Assembly: GCA_965203295.1 (NCBI GenBank)
Contig: CBDBCZ010000018.1
Span: 1,536,001-1,600,000, forward strand
DNA: 64,000 bases
Direction: 5' to 3'
Origin: Nitrospirales bacterium
GTDB taxonomy: Bacteria; Nitrospirota; Nitrospiria; Nitrospirales; UBA8639
The notes beneath the pieces are model-generated. The model saw only the letters and a list, made by a program, of their open reading frames with translations, had not been told where the DNA came from and ran no database searches. Position 1 is the first letter of the stretch, and every line of letters begins with the position of its first letter. The translations under genes and the position numbers were made by a program. Shown piece after piece: positions 24,916 to 37,288 of this stretch.

Positions 24916-27900
24916 CTTGACCCACGGTCCCTTGCAACAGGAAGCGGCAATAAATCATCAGCTTTTAGCCTCTTTCGCACCTTCTTCTTCTTCCTGGGTT
25001 TCCTGAAGGATACCATTTCCTCTGATGTGTAGTACTCTGAGGCTAGCTGAGAAGGTGCTGAGTCCAGAGAGTTCTGTAAGGAATACACATTAAATTTAAC
25101 AGGCTGCTATGGGACTTTTATGATCGGAATCTACAGTGTTCTTCAATTTGTTCAAGTAAAGCTATATATGTATGTAGATAATACACAGTTGCACCAAGGT
25201 ACATGTACGTGTAGTCATCTAAGGTGCATGACGACAGGATGCTGAAGACACATGCAGTGAGTGCAATATGCAATTCTCTGAGGTGCACATACGTACATGT
25301 ACTTACAGTAGCAGTAGCAAGAAACGGCTTTCCTTGCTTATTCTGTGTAGTTGCTGTATTATAGTTAGCATGGTGAATATTATCGACAGCAAAAAGAAAA
25401 CTGTACGATGCCCCACTTGGCCAAACCGAGTGTCAAAATAGCTAAACTGACCACCACTGTGATATTTAATTAACTTTGTGTAATGCTGATATAACTCTCA
25501 GGCATGATCTAACTATTATATGTACCTTGACATACTGCTACAGCTTCACTATAGGTATTCAAACACTGTGAGAAGATAATGCCTGTTAACATGCAAATGG
25601 GAGCCAGCTCACTCTACCTTACCAATACCCCTTTTTCAGCATGTAGCTATTTAAAATTAAAGTTGCCTGATATATTATGTTTCCCTTCCCCCTCAACCAC
25701 TATAATAAAATCGACTCACTCCTCTAGCTCTAAGCTTCTGCCTGACCATCTCTCTTTCTCGCTGCTCTGCAGTGTCAATTTCCCCAGCTTGTCCTACACA
25801 GTATAGTGAAAGAGTCATACGTGTAGACATGGCTACAGTGCTGGAATACACGCATATGCTAGGCTCATTCTATGAATCGGAACTATCTGTATAAATTGCG
25901 TTGTGCATTCCATAAATTGCATTGCACATTCAAAAAAACTACAAACTAACCCTCTCCGTAGGTCTAACCCTAGCCCCAACCCTAACCCTAAGTCTAACCC
26001 TGACCCTAACTCACCATGAAATCATAAAATGTGCAGTACAATTGTACAAATTCCCAAAATGCGCCCAACTCATACACTTATATACATGTAAGTACATGCA
26101 TAATTTATGTATAGCCAGAAAAATTGACAGGAGTGATATTTGATGAAATATTTCCAATACTGGCTGTAAATAAATAATGGCAAAATTCAATTTTGGCGAT
26201 TTGCGATTGCGAAGCAAACTTTATTGCGTCAACCGTGCATTAGTTCAGAAGCTATCGAGTGCTTGAGCATAGTCTGCCATAGACAAGACTACGTGGACTC
26301 TCTCGCTGGGGGAACTACTGCAGTAGAAGACAACTAGCTAGCTAGAGTGGCAACGTCGAGGATTCCTAGGCAGTAGCAGTTTACACAAAGGAATGCTGTT
26401 GTCGGCCATGTTCCAAGAAATTCATCGATAGCTTGAGTGTTATTCCTCCAAGTTTCACTGCACTGTTTCCAGAGCAGGTATCTTTCAGTGGATGTGCCTA
26501 AAGGAGGGCTGGAAGTGTCTGTCTGTACAGTTTCCCTCTCAAAAATACCTAATTAGCTAGTTCAATGCATTCAAAGGTGACATAACAACATATTGGAGGA
26601 AGTCAATTTGGTGAGAAGTAATTTAAACTTGGTGGCTCCATCGACGATTGCCAAATTGCCAAATTTTCCAGCTATACAGTATACCAGTAATATATAAGTA
26701 GCATATGTACGTACATGTACATACCCAAAGAAAAAGACTCCTTCTTCTCTCCTTCAATCTCCTCATTGTACTTCTTCAGTATTGGTGGTGGCTTTACCTG
26801 TATGTATGTATGCATGTATGTAAATGCATTTTTATAGAGAGATGCGTGCTGTATGCACTCACTTACAAGATAGGTTGGCTTGTTGTGTACATATAATTAT
26901 CTTAGCTACATGTAACTTTCTTTAGTAGGTGTGTTTCATGTACATGTAGGTTATGACTACCTTATGACACAAGGTAAGGAGGGGCCTCTTCCGACGGCAG
27001 GGTAATTCCAACAGTTGCGCTTACATCTACAGCGTACTGTGGAGTTAGGCAATAATTTTATGCTATAGAGAGATGCGTGCTGTATGCACTCACTCACAAG
27101 ATAGGTTGGCTTGTTGTGTACATATAATTATCTTAGCTACATGTAACTTTCTTTAGTAGGTGTGTTTCATGTACATGTAGGTTATGACTACCTTATGACA
27201 CAAGGTAAGGAGGGGCTATTCCGATGGCAGGGTAATTCCAACAGTTGCGCTTACATCTACAGCGTACTGTGGAATTAGGCAATAATTTTATGCCTCAGTA
27301 TAGTCAATAGGACAGCTATAAGCATAGCAGTTTTTAGCTTCACAACTTCTGTGAAACTGGATCTACACTCCAGTGTCGGAATTACCCTCGGGATTAAATT
27401 CTGTCCCGCTTTACCTTACAGAACACAACACTTATTGCACTAGCTCTAACATGTACTGTAAAACACACCCATGTTTGAAATGTAGGCATTAAGTAGTTGG
27501 TATTAAAAGAATAAAAAGGGGATCAAGCTTCATACAATGTAGATTTGGAATTTTTTGCCAATTTTAATGCCACTGCCAAGGTGTAAATGATAACCTGATA
27601 AGTTGACTAATAGGGGCTTTCCAAAACTGACTCACATTTGGGAAATATATTGTTTAGTTCTAGTATGCAAGGCAAATCTTTCATTCCCAGTACTTAAGCT
27701 TGACCTGCGCAGTTTTGTAATTTCACTGATGAAGATCCTCAAATCAAAACTTTTGGACCTCTATTTGAGTTCCATTGTGCATGCTACTTAAGAGCTCAAT
27801 AATCTTTCTCTAAATTTTCTCTGAAAGGCAAAGTGTGTTTGCTTATACCTAGGACCCTATCTGGCCTCCCTCTCAACCTAAATGAATTTTTAAACTTTAA

Positions 27901-28538
27901 GTGAATATCTGGCAAACAAATCACAAGAGGCTAAAATTACCAGTCGGCAGTCATTGAGTATGCACTTACCCATGGGAGGTAGATAACAATGTTAGGAGAA
28001 AAATAAATTGGAGGGGGCATGGTTTTGTCCCCTATTGGTAATCATAACGGAAGTTAACAATCTGGATTAACCCTGCATGTCCGTAATATGGAGGCGTCTA
28101 TATATCAAGGGCTTCTAGTTAAATTTTAGAAACATGCACTCAGGCTTTTCAGCATGATTATACATATAGCCACACTTCCTGCTGTGAGTCAGTAAGAAGG
28201 TTCGTAAAGCCTTGCTAGCAACTAGTAACGTCAAATCACCAAATCCAGTAGTGGATGTGCGAATAATTGATTAGGCTTTGAAGTCGTGGTCACCTCTAGG
28301 CTTTACCTTACAGAACACAACACTTAGCTGTTGTTTTACTGTTCTGGTCTGCAGTTTCAAAGTAAATAAAAACTGCTGTACTCGATATTATATTTACTCA
28401 CATCTCCAAATTCATCTTCTTCCTCCTCGTATGGGTCGTACCCAGGCTTTCCTTTACGATTCTCCACATTCTTATCTGCCTTCTCCTGGTCAACCATAGT
28501 GACGTTCACCAGAACATCCTCTCCCTCATCCAGTATAT
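24916..28538 (-). pseudogene. SART1: U4/U6.U5 tri-snRNP-associated protein 1 (SART1/SNU66), four internal exons only: 28538-28402, 26797-26725, 25793-25720, 25073-24916
   Basis: In-phase GT/AG exons give DILDEGEDVLVNVTMVDQEKADKNVENRKGKPGYDPYEEEEDEFGD/VKPPPILKKYNEEIEGEKKESFSL/GQAGEIDTAEQREREMVRQKLRARG/NSLDSAPSQLASEYYTSEEMVSFRKPRKKKKVRKRLKADDLLP, matching the central SART1 region as I recall it. A candidate next exon (24587-24518) has an in-frame stop. No 5' or 3' exons recognised. Confidence 0.8.
26833..27293. repeat. Tandem duplication, ~231 bp x2 (intronic)
   Basis: tatagagagatgcgtgctg at 26833 and 27064. Confidence 0.9.
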
Positions 28539-28711
28539 CTGCCAAGGAATGAACAAAACTGAGCTCACAAGATCTATAACACAGCTTCAACAGTATTGCA
28601 ATATCCTTGCCTTTGACTTAGGAAAGTGTGTATACTGTGGAATACAAATGACAATAACAGAACTCAGTGTTGGTACTACATGCATGGGTAACGTAGGGGA
28701 TAGTATATATA

Positions 28712-29687
28712 TTACAGAAAAAGCACTTTGCCAAAAAGTGCAAAACAAGTCATGTAGGGATGGACTTCCACCAAAAAACACTTCCCCAAAAACCAATGAA
28801 ACAAGCGACAATGCACGTGCATCGCAATGCATGCACAGACTACCCACACATCACAGCGCAATGCATTTATTGCATAGCTACCATCCCTACATCTTTCCAA
28901 CCACACCCACCACTATTCGCACCACACCCCCATACTCAATTGCACACCCAATACTTCCTTCAACACACACCACCATCTACAATCATCACCATCATATACC
29001 CACCCTTACATCCTTATCCACAACCATTACATAGCTACTTCACCAAACACAGCACCCCACACTACAACCCTAAACCTTCACAGGAATGTTATCTACTCCC
29101 ATCAAAATGCATTTCGCTCCATAAATCCCACATTCACAAGCACAAACCAAACAGAGCAATCCCTCACATCAACCACCATACACAACAAAGTTGACAACAC
29201 TCAATCTACACTTTACCAAACACACCCACATAGACCTCCACTACAAAGAACCTGCACACACACACTTACAAACTTCATCACACTCAACAACCAATCACAA
29301 CCAAAGTCCCTATACAAACATGACTCCACCCTCAATGACTCACTAGTCCAATATGTAAACCATGAACACTTTCAGCTACCTTCCACAGCCTCCAACGCAC
29401 TCAGTCATTAGCAATACACACACACACACCAATTTTAAATTACACTACCACTATATTCACCTCTCATGCACATACACACGATTGTGGTGGGTGTGGTTGG
29501 AAAGATGTAGGGATGGTAGCTATGCAATAAATGCATTGCGCTGTGATGTGTGGGTAGTCTGTGCATGCATTGCGATGCACGTGCATTGTCGCTTGTTTCA
29601 TTGGTTTTTGGGGAATTTTTTTTTGGTGGAAGTCCATCCCTACATGACTTGTTTTTGCACTTTTTGGCAAAGTGCTTTTTCTGTAAC
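28712..29687. mobile_element. Fold-back MITE-like element ('gatgtagggatgg' family) with CA-rich interior
   Basis: ~200-bp inverted repeats at 28712-28912 and 29484-29687 (ttacagaaaaagcactttgcc...). Confidence 0.7.
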
Positions 29688-30314
29688 TTTATAGCTTTAC
29701 GTACTATTATACAATTAGTACACTCATCCATTGGATATGTTGGGTCCCATTTACATAAAATAAAAATGACTTCTCATTCTTTGTGTTTGGCCATAGTAAA
29801 CATCTAATCATGATCACTTTGAGACCTAAATCCTACCTACACATGCACGCAATTCATTTCTTATACTCAAATCATTGTTTTTTTGCAGAGACACACAGCA
29901 TGCAATTGATCTCTGCAATGTATGGAATCTCAATTTTATGTAAGAATGAAATTACTACTACCATCTTTATTCTATTATTACGCAAGATCCAATTTAATGC
30001 AAGAAATTGTGATTCTAGGAATTTATTATGAATCTAATCTAGCACAAGTCCATCACTAATTATTTTAAGCTGAATCCAATCTAACCCTACAACTCCAGGA
30101 AATATACTCTGTAAATTGCATTATAAACCATTAGCTAAAACAACTGTTACTCAGTGAAGTCCACAAATGGTAGTATCGAATTTCATGTAGGAAGCAAACC
30201 TCTCTTCTGTGGTTTGTGGGACATACCCAATCATCAAAACTAAGAGCCATTGTAAGTAGCTATAATCTAAAGTTGTTTTGCAGTGTTAACTCTATACAAG
30301 TGTAATTCAAGTAC

Positions 30315-32066
30315 ATGGCTACATTGAGCAGTATGTGGATACTCACGGTAGCTATAGCTCTGTTGTCAGCCACAGCCACCCTCTCCTGTCCTCCGGGGTT
30401 TGTCTCACAAGGAAACAGCTGTGTCTGTGCAGACTGGCCTGATGGAATAATCACTTGCGATGAAGACTCTCTGAATGCCTCGATACGTATCGGGTACTGC
30501 ATGACATACGACAATGAAACAGACGAAGTGAGAGTTGGGTCATTCTGGCAAACCTATTTGAGAAATAATTCTTATAAATTCTACTATCCACTTCCTTCTG
30601 AACTATCAGCTCTCAATGATGAAATGTGTGGTCCATTTAATAGAGAAGGTCTACTCTGTGGAGAGTGCCAGGAGGGTTTTGCAGTTCCGCTTTTCAATTT
30701 CCTATACGAAGGGTGTATCAACTGCACAAGTGTTTCCTATGGTTGGTTGAAACTTATTGCCTTCGCATATGTGCCGATCACTGTAATTTTCATAGTCATT
30801 GTAGTGTTTTCCATCAGTGTTGTATCGGGACCCATTAATTCATTCATATTCTTTGCTCAGCTTTCCGCATCAACATTCGTTGATATGGGTACATTGATGA
30901 GTGTAATGGCATCACAAGGTACCTTTTCATATTCTGAAAGAATATCCACGGTGGTAGTCGACGGTATCTATGATATGTTCAATTTGAAATTCTTTCATAC
31001 TTTCATTCCCCCATTTTGTCTCACAAACCACCTTAGTATAGTACAAGCATTGGCACTCCAGTATGTAATGGCCTTCTACCCCTTAGTTGCTATCACATTT
31101 CTCTATGTCTGCATTCGATTGCATGCTGGTAATTTCAGGCCTGTTGTTTATTGTTGGAAGCCTTTCCTAAAATGTTTTCTCCGCTTCAGAAGAAGAGTTG
31201 ATCCAACAGCGTCAGTAATTAATGTTTTTTCAACTTTTATCCTCCTATCCTACGTAAGACTAGTATATGTTGTAGGGAGATTTTTAACCCCATTAAATCT
31301 GTTCAATAGCCAAGGACAGATGGTCAACACATCAGTCTTCGCTTTCGATGCGACCATTCAATTCTTTCATGCACAACATCTCCCATTTGCTGTACTATCT
31401 ATTTTTGTACTGTTGACATTCATTGCCATACCTCCCATCGTGCTGACATTCTACCAAGCTGCATTCTTCCAAAAGTGCCTCACACGATGCAAAATGAACT
31501 CTCAAGGTCTTCGCACATTTGTTGAGGCTTTCCAAGGCTGCTACAAGGATGGCACAAATGGCACACGAGACTGTCGATATTGTGCAGGACTCTATTTCTT
31601 CTTTCGCCTCATTTTTGTTCTACCCCCACTTAATGATGGGCTTGGCTTAGGCAATACTTACAAATATATTACTACTAGTTTTGCTATTTTTTTCTGGTGT
31701 ATTGTACTGTTCTTTGCACTTGCTCAGCCTTACAAAATTCACCTTTACAATGTGGTAGATGCTGTCATCTTTGCTCTCTCTGGCACTATCACTGTCCTTG
31801 TTCTGTTCATTGATATGCAAGTACAGATCATTGGGCATCCTTCCAGCTCTATTTTGATCTTGACAGATGTGCTCTACACACTTCCACTGTTGTATCTTGT
31901 TCTGTTCATTGTGTGCTGGCCGCTCAATAAGAAGACTAACTGTATACACAAGCTCAAGAGCCACAAACTGCTACGCTGTCTCTTTCGAGATCAGGGAGTA
32001 TCCCAAAGAGAAGACTTTGATGCTGCTATTCCACACAGAGTCCTGTACCCGGAACAGTATCAATAA
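30315..32066 (+). CDS. Intronless multi-pass membrane protein (583 aa): signal peptide, Cys-rich ectodomain, multiple TM helices; uncharacterised family of the kind expanded in sponges
   Basis: Single long ORF. N-terminal hydrophobic leader; CPPGF..CVC..C..CMTYD..LN..MCG.FNREGLLCGEC..C..C; roughly 8-9 hydrophobic segments; FVEAFQGCYKDGTNGTRDCRY motif. Confidence 0.88.
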   Translation: MATLSSMWILTVAIALLSATATLSCPPGFVSQGNSCVCADWPDGIITCDEDSLNASIRIGYCMTYDNETDEVRVGSFWQTYLRNNSYKFYYPLPSELSALNDEMCGPFNREGLLCGECQEGFAVPLFNFLYEGCINCTSVSYGWLKLIAFAYVPITVIFIVIVVFSISVVSGPINSFIFFAQLSASTFVDMGTLMSVMASQGTFSYSERISTVVVDGIYDMFNLKFFHTFIPPFCLTNHLSIVQALALQYVMAFYPLVAITFLYVCIRLHAGNFRPVVYCWKPFLKCFLRFRRRVDPTASVINVFSTFILLSYVRLVYVVGRFLTPLNLFNSQGQMVNTSVFAFDATIQFFHAQHLPFAVLSIFVLLTFIAIPPIVLTFYQAAFFQKCLTRCKMNSQGLRTFVEAFQGCYKDGTNGTRDCRYCAGLYFFFRLIFVLPPLNDGLGLGNTYKYITTSFAIFFWCIVLFFALAQPYKIHLYNVVDAVIFALSGTITVLVLFIDMQVQIIGHPSSSILILTDVLYTLPLLYLVLFIVCWPLNKKTNCIHKLKSHKLLRCLFRDQGVSQREDFDAAIPHRVLYPEQYQ

Positions 32067-32139
32067 CTATTAAGCATTATATAGTGCACCTAAGTACAGT
32101 ATAGGTTGTATATTATGCTGTTTAGCTAATTACATGTTG

Positions 32140-34680
32140 GTAAAAACCATTGATACATGTTCTAAAATAAGGATCGCGTCTGCTACTATAGAGGATTAAA
32201 CTACCTGAATTAAAGGTAGAAGCTTCCTAGCAAATTAGCAGTAAGTAAAGAAGAAACGGAACGAGCTTGTGCCCCATTACATGTTGCTAAAGACCATTGA
32301 TACATGTACTAAAATAAGGGCCGTCTGGACCACTATACTAAGGACCGTTAGCTACTATAGTGGACGAAACTACCTGAATCAAAGATAGCAACTTCCTAGA
32401 CTGTTAGTAGTAAGTAAAGAAGAACCAGAGAGAGTTTGTGCCCCATTACATGTCGCTAAAGACCATTAACACATGTACTAAAATAAGGACCGTCCGGACA
32501 ATCATTAAGGACCGTCTGCTACTATAGAGGATAAATCTACCTGAATTAAAGGTAGAAGCGTCATAGCCAGTTAGTAGTAGGTAAAGAAGAACCAGAGAGA
32601 GTTCGTACCCCATAACATGTCGCTAAAGACCATTGATACGTATATTAAAATAAGGACCGTCTAGACCACTACTAAGGACTGTTTGCTACTATAGTGGATG
32701 AAACTACCTGAATCAAAGATAGAACTTCCAAGCCTGTTAGTAGTAAGTAAAGAAGAACCAGAGAGAGTTTGTGCCCCATTACATGTCGCTAAAGACATTT
32801 GACACATGTACTAAAATAAGGACCGTCTGGACAATCATTAAGGACCGTCTGGTACTATAGAGGATAAATCTACCTGAATTAAAGGTAGAAGCTTCATAGC
32901 CAGTTAGTAGTAAGTAAAGAAAAACCAGAGAGAGTTTGTGCACCATTACATGTCGCTAAAGACCATTAACACATGTACTAAAATAAGGACCGTCTGGACA
33001 ATCATTAAGGACCGTCTGCTACTATAGAGGATAAATCTACCTGAATTAAAGGTAGAAGCTTCATAGCCAGTTAGTAGTAAGTAAAGAAGAACCAGAGAGA
33101 GTTTGTACCCCATTACATGTCGCTAAAGACCATTGATACATGTATTAAAATAAGGACCGTCTGGACAATCATTAAGGACCGTCTGCTACTATAGAGGATA
33201 AATCTACCTGAATTAAAGGTAGAAGCTTCTAGCCAGTTAGTAGTAAGTAAAGAAGAAACGGAGAGGGAGTTTTTGCCCCATTACATGTCGCTAAAGACCA
33301 CTAACACATGTACTAAAATAAGGACCGTCTGGACAATCATTAAGGACCGTTTGTTACTATAGAAGACAAAATCTACCTGAATCAAAGATAGAAGCTTCCT
33401 AGCCTGTTAGTAGTAGGTAATGAAAAAACAGAGAGAGTTTGTACCCCATTACATGTCGCTAAAGACCATTAACACATGTACTAAAATAAGGACCGTCTGG
33501 ACAATCATTAAGGACCATCTGCTACTATAGTGGATGAAACTACCTGAATCAAAGATAGCAACTTCCTAGCCTGTTAGTAGTAAGTAAAGAAGAACCAGAG
33601 AGAGTTTGTGCCCCATTACATGTCGCTAAAGACCATTAACATATGTACTAAAATAAGGACCGTCTGGACAATCATTAAGGACCGTCTGCTACTATAGAGG
33701 ATGAAACTACCTGAATTAAAGGTAGAAGCTTCCTAGCCAGTTAGTAGTAGGTAATGAAGAAACAGAGAGAGAGTTTTCGCCCCATTACATGTTGCTAAAG
33801 ACCATTGATACATGTACTAAAATAAGGACCGTCTGGACCACTACTAAGGACCGTTTGCTATTATAGTGGATGAAACTACCCGAATCAAAGATAGCAACTT
33901 CCTAGCCTGTTAGTAGTAAGTAAAGAAGAACCAGAGAGAGTTTGTGCCCCATTACATGTCGCTAAAGACCATTAACACATGTACTAAAATAAGGACCGTC
34001 TGGACAATCATTAAGGACCGTCTGCTACTATAGAGGATAAATCTACCTGAATTAAAGGTAGAAGCTTCCTAGCCTGTTAGTAGTAAGTAATGAAGAAATT
34101 GAGAGAGTTTTTGCCCCATTACATGTCGCTAAAGACCATTAACACATGTACTAAAATAAGGACCGTCTGGACAATCATTAAGGACCGTTTGTTACTATAG
34201 AAAACAAAATCTACCTGAATCAAAGATAGAAGCTTCCTAGCCTGTTAGTAGTAGGTAATGAAGAAACAGAGAGAGTTTGTACCCCATTACATGTCGCTAA
34301 AGACCATTAACACATGTACTAAAATAAGGACCGTCTGGACAATCATTAAGGACCATCTGCTACTATAGTGGATGAAACTACCTGAATCAAAGATAGCAAC
34401 TTCCTAGCCTGTTAGTAGTAAGTAAAGAAGAACCAGAGAGAGTTTGTGCCCCATTACATGTCGCTAAAGACCATTAACACATGTACTAAAATAAGGACCG
34501 TCTGGAAAATTATTAAGGACCGTCTGCTACTATAGAGGATAAATCTACCTGAATTAAAGGTAGAAGCTTCTAGCCAGTTAGTAGTAAGTAAAGAAGAAAC
34601 GGAGAGGGAGTTTTTGCCCCATTACATGTCGCTAAAGACCATTAATACATGTACTAATATAAGGACCGTCTAGACAATTA
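32140..34680. repeat. Satellite, ~167-168-bp unit, ~15 copies
   Basis: aaataaggaccgtc...ctactatag..ga..aa.ctacctgaat.aaag.tag...gttagtagtaagtaaagaagaa...ccccattacatgtcgctaaagacca recurs (32481 to 32981 spans three units). Confidence 0.95.
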
Positions 34681-36429
34681 TTAATTGGGGAACATAGCAT
34701 AATAATTTGTAGGAGTAGATTGTGAATGTGTACCTTTCTTGTTGAAGAAGAACATGCTTGCCATATCCAAGGTCTGGGAGCGAGACTATGCGTAAGCGGC
34801 GTATGCAGCATGCGCAGCAAAGGCGACAATGAGCACGTCCGCCCACGTGCCAACGATTGTACTTTGACCTTTGACCTTTGACCCTTGCACTTTAATTGGA
34901 AACCGTGGTCCTTAATGACTGGTCCTAGTGCGATTTTCGCATCAAGTAATACCAGGACAGCTAGCTGGCATGATCAAAGGTAGGCGTTAAATAGATGAAC
35001 ACGTGAAGTTTGCGGTTTCTAAAACCCGGAACGGAACGGAACAGTAAAATTAAATGGCGTAAAACGGCAAGCGTCCACTCGAGAGTACTCGTGAATCACT
35101 GCTAAAACTCTTCGATTTTTATGGAAAAGTTATGCTGCGAGTGCAATACCCCAGAGAATATCCAGCTTGTTCGCGCTTGAATCATTGTGATTGCTTCAGC
35201 CGTTATTGAGCTAGCCTGCCTGAAGAAAGAAGAATCAGAATCAGAATCAGAATCAGAAGAAGTGTACGATTACGCCCCGCCCCCTGAGTGTGTCGACTTG
35301 CCGGTTTGGTACTCCAGCGAAGCTTTCTAGCAACGCTAACAGTCTTGTTGCTGATGAAAACACTCGAGATGCCATGGTATGGCTCATAAAACTCTGTGAC
35401 TATAATCAGAGCCGAGTTCTGAACGTATGATTTTGTACGCGCTATATGGGGCCGCCATTTTTTTCCCGTGCCATCCCTACATATGGAGTACTACCGTACT
35501 CCATGATATACGCACTTGAAAAAGGATGCCAAGATATGGGAGCTGAGACCAACTGCCAGTGGCAAACTATCAGCTACATATTTTGCCAAACTGCATAACC
35601 TCTCACAAATGTCCTCATATGACATTAAGCCCTAGCATTCTTTGTTGCATAACAGTCTGTTGATATTATATTGGATTCTTAAGCATTTCGCTTGCATATA
35701 CCATACTATTAATATCCTAAAGTAAGTTGTTCAGCCACAATCATGTAATTGGCATCGCTGGCAAAAGAATAATTTAGAATGGGGGTAGGTTTTTAAAAAT
35801 CATTATTCAACACATAATGGAAGTTAAAGTTCAGGGGAGGGGGGTATTCACACCTTGTGTGAACCCTATATTTAACCCCCGCTAATTTCTTGTCAAATGA
35901 TTGAACTTGCACAATAGCAAAATTATATGCGCTACATAACGTAGTGCGCTACATAACGGGGGTTAAAGGGATCACGATGTAACTCGGCAGAGAGCGGTTG
36001 GAGATGAAAATGAGCGGAGATCGGTCTGAGACAAGAGCGTGCATGCTCAGTCAACTCGAATCAGGATTGGTACATGTTTGCTCCCTCTATAGGCCTTTGA
36101 CTTAGCTAGCTAGCTACTTGATGACGGGGCAGTTGCAATGTGATCCCTAGAAAGTTATCCTCTCACTTAGCTAGCTGCTAGCCGGCTCCGTTCGATTTTG
36201 TGTGCAGTTGCTCCACCCCATATTACGTTTAATTGGAACGTGCACCTCTTAACGAGGTTTTTGCGGCTTTGGGCCAAGAAGCAAGCATGCGCCCGATAGC
36301 GTATGTGCGCTACATAATGAAGTGCGCCTGATAACCCGAGTCTACAGTAGGCCGATAGTTTCGACGCTTTTAATTCTCAGTACAGTCACGAAGCACCACA
36401 GCACCTGTTTAACTCCATTGATTCTACAC

Positions 36430-36960
36430 TTAATCATACAGGAAGGCATCGAATTTGGCTACAAAAAATAAGGGAAACTATGGCGGACAGAATTACATGC
36501 GAGGAATAACGAGTGCCTTCCTTTACTGCCCTGTGGCGCCACTGGATCAGATCCTGTTGGACAAGCCGGCTATGGCAGAACTCACCTCAATCAGATGTGT
36601 ATTTTCAGCTTCCACCTTCTGACGAGAATGGATGGGTTCTCCACCAAGACGGTAATTATACCTTAGATTCGGAAGACCCTGGGGTTTAAGACAAAATCAA
36701 GGGAATGATTGATTTCGAGAAGGCTTGGGAGGTCTGGGTATGAGACTCCTAGGGGTGAATGTGGGCACTAAATAAAGAAAATAAAAGGGATGTAGTTGTA
36801 AGAAAGGATGCAAGGCTAATGCATGTGGTTGTCGTAAGAAATCAAAGCTTTGTGGTCCTGAATGTGAATGTCGAGATTGTGTTAACTTACCGGTACCAGT
36901 ACAGCAGTCTGTAGAAGGCGAGAGTGAAGACGAAAGTGATGTACACTCAGACACAGAAGA
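36430..36960 (+). pseudogene. Academ-type transposase C-terminal remnant with Cys-rich (CXC-like) tail
   Basis: WLQKIRE..*RVPSFTALWRHWIRSCW..LW..LPP..ENGW followed by KGCSCKKGCKANACGCRKKSKLCGPECECRDCVN; internal stops. Confidence 0.6.
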
Positions 36961-37191
36961 CGGGTCCCTCGTCCAGTGATGATCAGCTAGACGTAGAAGT
37001 AATTACAGGTATGGATGATCTTCTTTATGCTCAATCACAATGGCTAGTAATACACAATTACAGATTGCCTCTAAACAAAGTCTGGGAATTCTAAATGATA
37101 CCTACGTATCTATGGATTGAGAACGTGATTAATTTGCTACACGCCTACCAAGGCTTGCAAAAATTTGGCACAAATTTGTTTCGCAGCAAAA

Positions 37192-37288
37192 ACTTTTGAA
37201 CTCAAAATCTCATTATAATGAGATTTTGAGTTCAAAAGTGTATGTGTTTTTAGTCCATGTATACATGGACTAAAAACACATACACTTT
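37192..37288. repeat. Two overlapping perfect palindromes (48 bp and 54 bp)
   Basis: 37192-37239 centred at catta|taatg; 37235-37288 centred at catgta|tacatg. Confidence 0.9.

Noticed and set aside
25945..26012. Telomere-like (TAACCC)n; also at 12962-12990 and 39612-39645
   Set aside because: Short, degenerate and embedded in dispersed repeats; not a chromosome end or a fusion site.
28549..29807. His/Pro/Thr-rich ORFs
   Set aside because: Low-complexity CA-rich interior and inverted arms of a MITE-like element.
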